In this document: positions 29,570 to 34,008 of the stretch, piece after piece
Layout: every line of letters starts with the position of its first letter
Position numbering within the stretch: the stretch's first letter is position 1
Virus record (IMG/VR): IMGVR_UViG_3300025536_000009
Location: 1 to 34,008 of that record
DNA from: a virus
Direction: 5' to 3' (one strand)
Length of the DNA: 34,008 bases
Notes under the pieces: model-generated
Told to the model about the DNA's origin: nothing
The model's database searches: none
The model's input: only the letters and a program-made list of their open reading frames with translations
Translations under genes and position numbers: made by a program

Positions 29570-30886
29570 TTATTCCTCATCTTCCTTCTTATTATCTGCT
29601 GTCACATCCGGGTACATTTCCGGGTGCTTGGCAACATTGTCATTGTAACGTTCTTTAGAGACTCCAGTGGCTTGCAATCCCGCTTTTGCTTCTGCACTCA
29701 GTTTATCATAGGGAGTTGCATCTTTGTCAACACCTTCACCACCGGCACCACCACCATTGCCACCATCTTCTGAATAGTTGACAACTTTTGGAGCGTGCTT
29801 GGTGAACTCTTTGAGCATCTCAGAGACTGGAACCTGAGTGGACTTGCCGTCCTTTGAGAACTCAACCTTCACATCACCGGACATTGCAAGAGCTTTGAAT
29901 GCCTTCTCCTGAGCAGGAACAATCTTGCCTGCTTTGAGAAGCTTCTCATATTCTTGATCAACTTCCTTCTTGCGGTATTCTTGAATCTGCTTCTGAGCTT
30001 TGGCAAGTTCAGCTTTGGTGCCTTCCTCTTCAGCAGCTGCAGCATCAGCATCTTCCTTCTCTTTTTTCTCACGGGCTTCACGCTCTTCATCAGTCTCTTC
30101 TTCTTCAGGAGCGGTGGATTCTGCAATGAGAGTCTCAACAACTTCCTTCTGATCTGCAGGAACTTCTACTTCAGCACCGGCTTCAACAGTCACGGTCTTG
30201 TCTTCATCACCTTCTCTGAAGGTAACTTCAACCGGATATTCTTTGTCATTGATGATCTTAACTTTGTCCATATCACTCTCCTTGCTTAATTCTTTTTTGA
30301 TCCCTGACCTGCTCAACATTATAGCATTAGCACCATAATTGGTGGCAACCTCTGCTCTGCATTCAGCAGTCACTTTGGCAAACGCTTCAAACGGAGTCAT
30401 GTCTTCAATATAAGGGTTGTTGACCAATGCAACGTGGTAGATTGCCGGTCCCTTCTCATCACCCTCTTTGGTGATCCAGTTCATTGTGAAGCCAATTGAG
30501 ACATCCCATATCAGGTCAGCTTCAATCTTCTCAACGGTCTCTTCATCACGGATGTCAAGGATTGCATCAATCCCGGCACCGTCTGCAGAGAGCATCATGT
30601 CAATGACTTCACCACGATTCTTGTCAGGATCATCAGTGTGGGAAGCAGGAACATAGACACGTCCAACCGTGCCGTCCTTGAAGTTCTGCAGGACTGATTC
30701 ACCCCATGCTTCATCAAGGTGCAGGAAGTATTCAGGGAACCATTGGTCAGCGTACTCACCAAAGTTGATGATCCTCTTCTTGTAGAGTTTGCCTTTGGCG
30801 TTTGGATATTCACTGTCACCGGCTGCATACCTGACTGCCTTTGAGTCATCAGGTTGCAATACTGTATAGAGCTTTTTGTCCTTCAT
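29570..30886 (-). CDS. Prohead protease/scaffold protein (Mu gpI-like), 438 aa, with a nested in-frame scaffold start at 30271
   Basis: ATG 30886 (MKDKKLY); the track start at 30907 is a TTG. N-terminal ..VPASHTDDP..WDVSIGF..HVALVNNPYIEDM. The C-terminal half is an E/K/A-rich coiled coil. Confidence 0.7.
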   Translation of the reverse strand: MKDKKLYTVLQPDDSKAVRYAAGDSEYPNAKGKLYKKRIINFGEYADQWFPEYFLHLDEAWGESVLQNFKDGTVGRVYVPASHTDDPDKNRGEVIDMMLSADGAGIDAILDIRDEETVEKIEADLIWDVSIGFTMNWITKEGDEKGPAIYHVALVNNPYIEDMTPFEAFAKVTAECRAEVATNYGANAIMLSRSGIKKELSKESDMDKVKIINDKEYPVEVTFREGDEDKTVTVEAGAEVEVPADQKEVVETLIAESTAPEEEETDEEREAREKKEKEDADAAAAEEEGTKAELAKAQKQIQEYRKKEVDQEYEKLLKAGKIVPAQEKAFKALAMSGDVKVEFSKDGKSTQVPVSEMLKEFTKHAPKVVNYSEDGGNGGGAGGEGVDKDATPYDKLSAEAKAGLQATGVSKERYNDNVAKHPEMYPDVTADNKKEDEE

Positions 30887-30915
30887 ATCTTTACTATATC
30901 CCTTCAATGCTTATG

Positions 30916-33333
30916 TTACAACGCTTGATTCTTAGCCACAACTTCTTCAGGAATGTCCGGGATCCCGGTGGTCTCAGGAATATCAGTCTGATCCTTCTTG
31001 ATTGCAATCCATATGCAACGGCAGAAGCCGTGTTCAGGTGGCTGATATGGAGAAGCTTTGTATTCCTCATGCTCAACAACCGTTCCATCCATTGCTTCAC
31101 AAAGCTCACACGTCACGTCATCCAAGATTGCTGAATACTGATAGACCTCAATGTCCTCTTTGGCTGTCTCAAAGACATCATCACGGGACCGGTTGATTGC
31201 CTGAGCAACTGCTATCACGCCGGTGAGTGAGATGGTCTTCTGATAGAACTGCTCAAAGTCCTCACCAAGCAAGGCAGCAATCTCTTCAGGTGTGGCAAAC
31301 TCATGACCCCGTGAGAGCTGTCCCTTGTGGAACTCTGATGTGACCTTCTGCTTGATGATGAATGTGAGATCACTGAACTGCTTGTCAGCAATGCTCTTGC
31401 CGTTCTGCTTGAAGTATTCCTTTGACTCTTTGGGAGTGGTTGGAATGCCAATGTCAAGGTCATCAGACGTGATCTTCTTCCCGGCATTGTAAGTCTCAAG
31501 GCTCTGATCAGTAATGGTCTGAGCATACTTGTCAGCACCCGTCAGGCTGAAGTCTTCAAGCTTGGTGATGTCACCACCTTCAAGGATTGGCTTGATGTCT
31601 TCCAGTGCCTGAGCAACCACGTCATCAAAGACCGGCTTCATGGCAGCATCAAACTTCTTCTCTTGACTGATGATCTTGTCTTCTATTGCAGCAAGGTTGG
31701 TGTTGGCTTCAGCAGGTGAGAGATCCCGTCTCCAAGCAAGCTCCTGCTTCTCAGTGTCAAAGTGCCGGGCACTTGCACCACGCCGGTGACTATGACTCAG
31801 TTTTTTTTTTGACCGGCTGAGGGCAGCAGCAGTTGGCGTGAATGTCTTGGCAGGTTCAAGGATCCCATCAATCTCTTCATCTGATAGGGTAGGGAATGAA
31901 GCAACAATCACGGCACGTCCGGTGTCATATGGCATCTGACCCGTGACAATCTGAGTGACAATGGAGAGCAGGCTTGCAATCTGAGCACCGTTCAAAGCGG
32001 TCTTTGCAATCTCTTCCACTTCAGCCACTACTGCAGCACCGCCTTCAGGCAGCTCTTCACCGGTATCATTCACGTCATCAGCCTTCAGTTCAGTCAGGTC
32101 AATGTCAAGCCGGTCTGCAACCTGCTCAACCAAGCCGTCCACAAAGTCCTTCCGGAGATCAGTCTTCTTCACGATCTCAAGGAAGATGCTCTCAATGAAG
32201 TCAGCGGTGTCATCTGACATGTCATTGAAGCGGAACTCAGGATAGTATTGAGTCTCATAGTTGTAGTCAATCAGCTGAGGGATCAGGTATGAATTGATAT
32301 GCTCTTCAACTTCAGCCATCATTCCCCGGAGTGCCATCATGAACAGGTCAGCGTGTGACTTGCTCAATGCAAAGGAGCCGGTCTTGTCCCCGGATCCAAG
32401 CAGGATGAACTGAGCCAAGACGGAACGTGCCATCTGAGCATCTTGGTGATCAATGCCGGGCATAGGATCAATCCGTCCCTTGCCTGCATCATAAGGGTTC
32501 AGCTTATAACCGGTAGGGACAAGCACTGCTGAGTCAATGCCAAAGCGGTCCATTGCCTGCAGGTTGGCACGCTGAGTGGACTCAGTGTCATCATTGCCTT
32601 CTTGAACCTCAAGCATCTTTGGTGGCATGGCACCCTTCTCAACGCTCTGCTCATAAAGGTAGTAGAGACGGCGTTTGCGGTCCCAATGGTAGTATGCAGA
32701 TTGGAATGCTGACTGACCATAGATCTCATCCTCATCTTTGTTGTAAGTGTAGAGGAAGCACTTCTCAACAGGGATCTGAACGGTGATGGTCTTCTTCTGT
32801 TCCTTTGAATAATAGCTTTGCTCAAAGCCTGCAAAGCCACCCTTGTCATCTCTGAGGACAGTGACTTCAGTGACATCACGGAATGCAATCTTCCTATATA
32901 CAATCTTGCCCTGCTCATTCAGAGTCCACACCTTCTCTGCAATGGCATAGCCTTCAAGCACTGCTTTGAGTGTCCGGGCAATGACCAAGCGGAATGGAGT
33001 TGTCATGCCACCCTTGTGAGGTGGACGGGTGAAGTTATCAAGGACGTGATCAGCCTGCTCTTTGGCTGCCTTCTGCAGACCTTCCGGAACCTCTTCAGGA
33101 TCCAGTCTCCAACTGTTTGACATGATAGGCATTCTCAGGATCTGATAGAGTGAACGGACCGTGCCGTCATTGTCCTTCATGAACCGGAGATCTTTGATGC
33201 TGACTTTGCTGCTAGTCTTCTTCTTGACGGTGAGCATGTCTGCAAGACTACCACCAGAGGTGCCAAGCTCACTGTCAATGTCAGGCTTCTCAGTCCGGGC
33301 AAAGTTCTTCTTGTTTGTTGCTTGTATGATCAT
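30916..33333 (-). CDS. Portal protein (Mu gp29/DUF935-like, about aa 1-510) fused in frame to a Mu gpF/SPP1 gp7-like minor head protein domain
   Basis: Lies immediately downstream of terL. The C-terminal ..AQAINRSRDDVF..YQYSAILDDVTCELCEAMDGTVV..YQPPEHGFCRCIW is the MuF-type signature. Confidence 0.8.
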   Translation of the reverse strand: MIIQATNKKNFARTEKPDIDSELGTSGGSLADMLTVKKKTSSKVSIKDLRFMKDNDGTVRSLYQILRMPIMSNSWRLDPEEVPEGLQKAAKEQADHVLDNFTRPPHKGGMTTPFRLVIARTLKAVLEGYAIAEKVWTLNEQGKIVYRKIAFRDVTEVTVLRDDKGGFAGFEQSYYSKEQKKTITVQIPVEKCFLYTYNKDEDEIYGQSAFQSAYYHWDRKRRLYYLYEQSVEKGAMPPKMLEVQEGNDDTESTQRANLQAMDRFGIDSAVLVPTGYKLNPYDAGKGRIDPMPGIDHQDAQMARSVLAQFILLGSGDKTGSFALSKSHADLFMMALRGMMAEVEEHINSYLIPQLIDYNYETQYYPEFRFNDMSDDTADFIESIFLEIVKKTDLRKDFVDGLVEQVADRLDIDLTELKADDVNDTGEELPEGGAAVVAEVEEIAKTALNGAQIASLLSIVTQIVTGQMPYDTGRAVIVASFPTLSDEEIDGILEPAKTFTPTAAALSRSKKKLSHSHRRGASARHFDTEKQELAWRRDLSPAEANTNLAAIEDKIISQEKKFDAAMKPVFDDVVAQALEDIKPILEGGDITKLEDFSLTGADKYAQTITDQSLETYNAGKKITSDDLDIGIPTTPKESKEYFKQNGKSIADKQFSDLTFIIKQKVTSEFHKGQLSRGHEFATPEEIAALLGEDFEQFYQKTISLTGVIAVAQAINRSRDDVFETAKEDIEVYQYSAILDDVTCELCEAMDGTVVEHEEYKASPYQPPEHGFCRCIWIAIKKDQTDIPETTGIPDIPEEVVAKNQAL
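31801..31810 (-). other. A10 homopolymer (T10 on the plus strand) at the portal/MuF domain junction; candidate slippage site
   Basis: Minus strand cgg tcA AAA AAA AAA ctg agt cat agt (codons 508-511). With A11 or a -1 shift it reads act gag tca TAG. With A9 or a +1 shift it reads aac TGA. Confidence 0.5.
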
Positions 33334-33363
33334 TGGTCAAATGCCCTCTCTTTACTCATTATC

Positions 33364-34008
33364 TTACCTGTTTTCATTGTGGTTATGCAATATCTCATCA
33401 TAATTCCCGGCAGTTATAACAGTCCCACCCTTCTTCTTACGCTTGACATAGTAGTCTGAGATTGCTAGGAACACGGCATCTGCTTTGTCCGGGGACTGAC
33501 CGTGAGTCCTTGCTTTGACTTCATCCTTCTGCTCCACTGCAATCCTTCCACCAATGTACTTGAACTTGATATTGCTCAACTGAGCAAGCAGCTCTTCATC
33601 ATAAGGAAGGTATACATCATCTATCATCTCACGGAACTTCCAAGCAAGCTCACTTTTGAGGTTGGCAAAGGTCTCTTTGTCTTTGGCAACGTTCTGCACA
33701 TTGATGCCATAGACATCAAGCTTCTGCTCTGAAGCGTTGTCCGTGACACCACCACCAACACCAATGTCATCCACAAGATAGGGATAGAGTCCCATGACCT
33801 TGAGCTTTGAGAAGGTCTCAGTGGTGCTCTTCTTGGCAAGCTGAACCAATGGCTCAAACCAAAAGCCATACCGTGTGGCAAAGACCGTCTTGTCATCACC
33901 GAACCGGGCAACGTCCAGTCCGGTCCGTCTCTTGTTCATGTCCTTCACAACCGTCAGCCGTCTCTCTTCAGACATGGCTGCTTCAACCTTCCAGAGTGGA
34001 ATCAGAAC
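33364..34008 (-). CDS. terL: Terminase large subunit, C-terminal nuclease part (33882-34008 duplicates 1-127)
   Basis: ..LDVARFGDDKTVFATRYGFWFEP..VDDIGVGGGVTD.. is typical of the RNase H-like terminase nuclease. The frame is open to the window end and continues in 1-946. Confidence 0.85.
   Translation of the reverse strand, partial: VLIPLWKVEAAMSEERRLTVVKDMNKRRTGLDVARFGDDKTVFATRYGFWFEPLVQLAKKSTTETFSKLKVMGLYPYLVDDIGVGGGVTDNASEQKLDVYGINVQNVAKDKETFANLKSELAWKFREMIDDVYLPYDEELLAQLSNIKFKYIGGRIAVEQKDEVKARTHGQSPDKADAVFLAISDYYVKRKKKGGTVITAGNYDEILHNHNENR
33882..34008. repeat. Second copy of the 127-bp terminal duplication
   Basis: Identical to 1-127. Confidence 0.95.

Noticed and set aside
1-34008. 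Searched by eye for a CRISPR array, tRNA/tmRNA, integrase/attP, reverse transcriptase/DGR repeats near the fibre genes, toxin-antitoxin pairs and methyltransferases
   Set aside because: I found no spaced direct-repeat array and no T-loop-like GGTTCRAnnCC sequence (TCGA is absent altogether). No protein showed integrase, RT or methyltransferase motifs, and there is no template/variable repeat pair around 16.4-21 kb. This was a visual scan only, so profile searches could still change the picture.

Overview
The window is a complete, closed tailed-phage genome of about 33.9 kb. Bases 1-127 are identical to 33882-34008, which looks like an assembly overlap, and the circle is opened inside terL. 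All homology calls below come from reading the translations and recalling protein families. No search was run.

There are two convergent transcription blocks.

(1) The rightward early/middle block spans about 2.6-13.2 kb. It holds about 32 tightly packed, often translationally coupled small genes, mostly of unknown function. It includes a RecT-like annealase, a PD-(D/E)XK exonuclease and a VRR-NUC-like nuclease. I recognised no polymerase, helicase, primase, integrase, methyltransferase or classical repressor.

(2) The leftward late block starts at a promoter near 1.6 kb, runs through the circular junction and ends at 13.35 kb.
- Packaging and head genes: terS, terL, a portal fused to a MuF-like domain, a Mu gpI-like protease/scaffold, a DUF2190-like protein, a Mu gpT-like major capsid protein and head-completion proteins.
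- Tail genes: a major tail protein, G/GT tail chaperones with a canonical -1 slippery site, a tape measure protein, tail-tip proteins and a collar-domain fibre.
- Lysis cassette: an amidase endolysin with three wall-binding repeats, a two-TM holin and three further membrane proteins.

No sheath gene was seen, so the tail is probably siphovirus-like. Extended -10 promoters, strong GGAG ribosome-binding sites (RBSs) and the endolysin architecture suggest a Gram-positive-type host.

The most interesting observations are these:
- GGCC, CCWGG, GCGC, CGCG and TCGA appear to be completely absent, while GATC and CCGG are over-abundant. This looks like a restriction-avoidance fingerprint in a phage with no methyltransferase.
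- An A10 homopolymer sits exactly at the portal/MuF domain junction, and both alternative frames stop within 0-3 codons.
- Four near-identical ~70-bp promoter-leader-RBS cassettes share an invariant AGCGGTTGCGATAT core.
- An orphan consensus promoter plus intrinsic terminator brackets a ~140-nt non-coding transcript where the two blocks converge.
- An AT-rich iteron cluster lies inside the first rightward gene and is a candidate origin. It is flanked by palindromic operator-like repeats and a possible antisense transcription unit.
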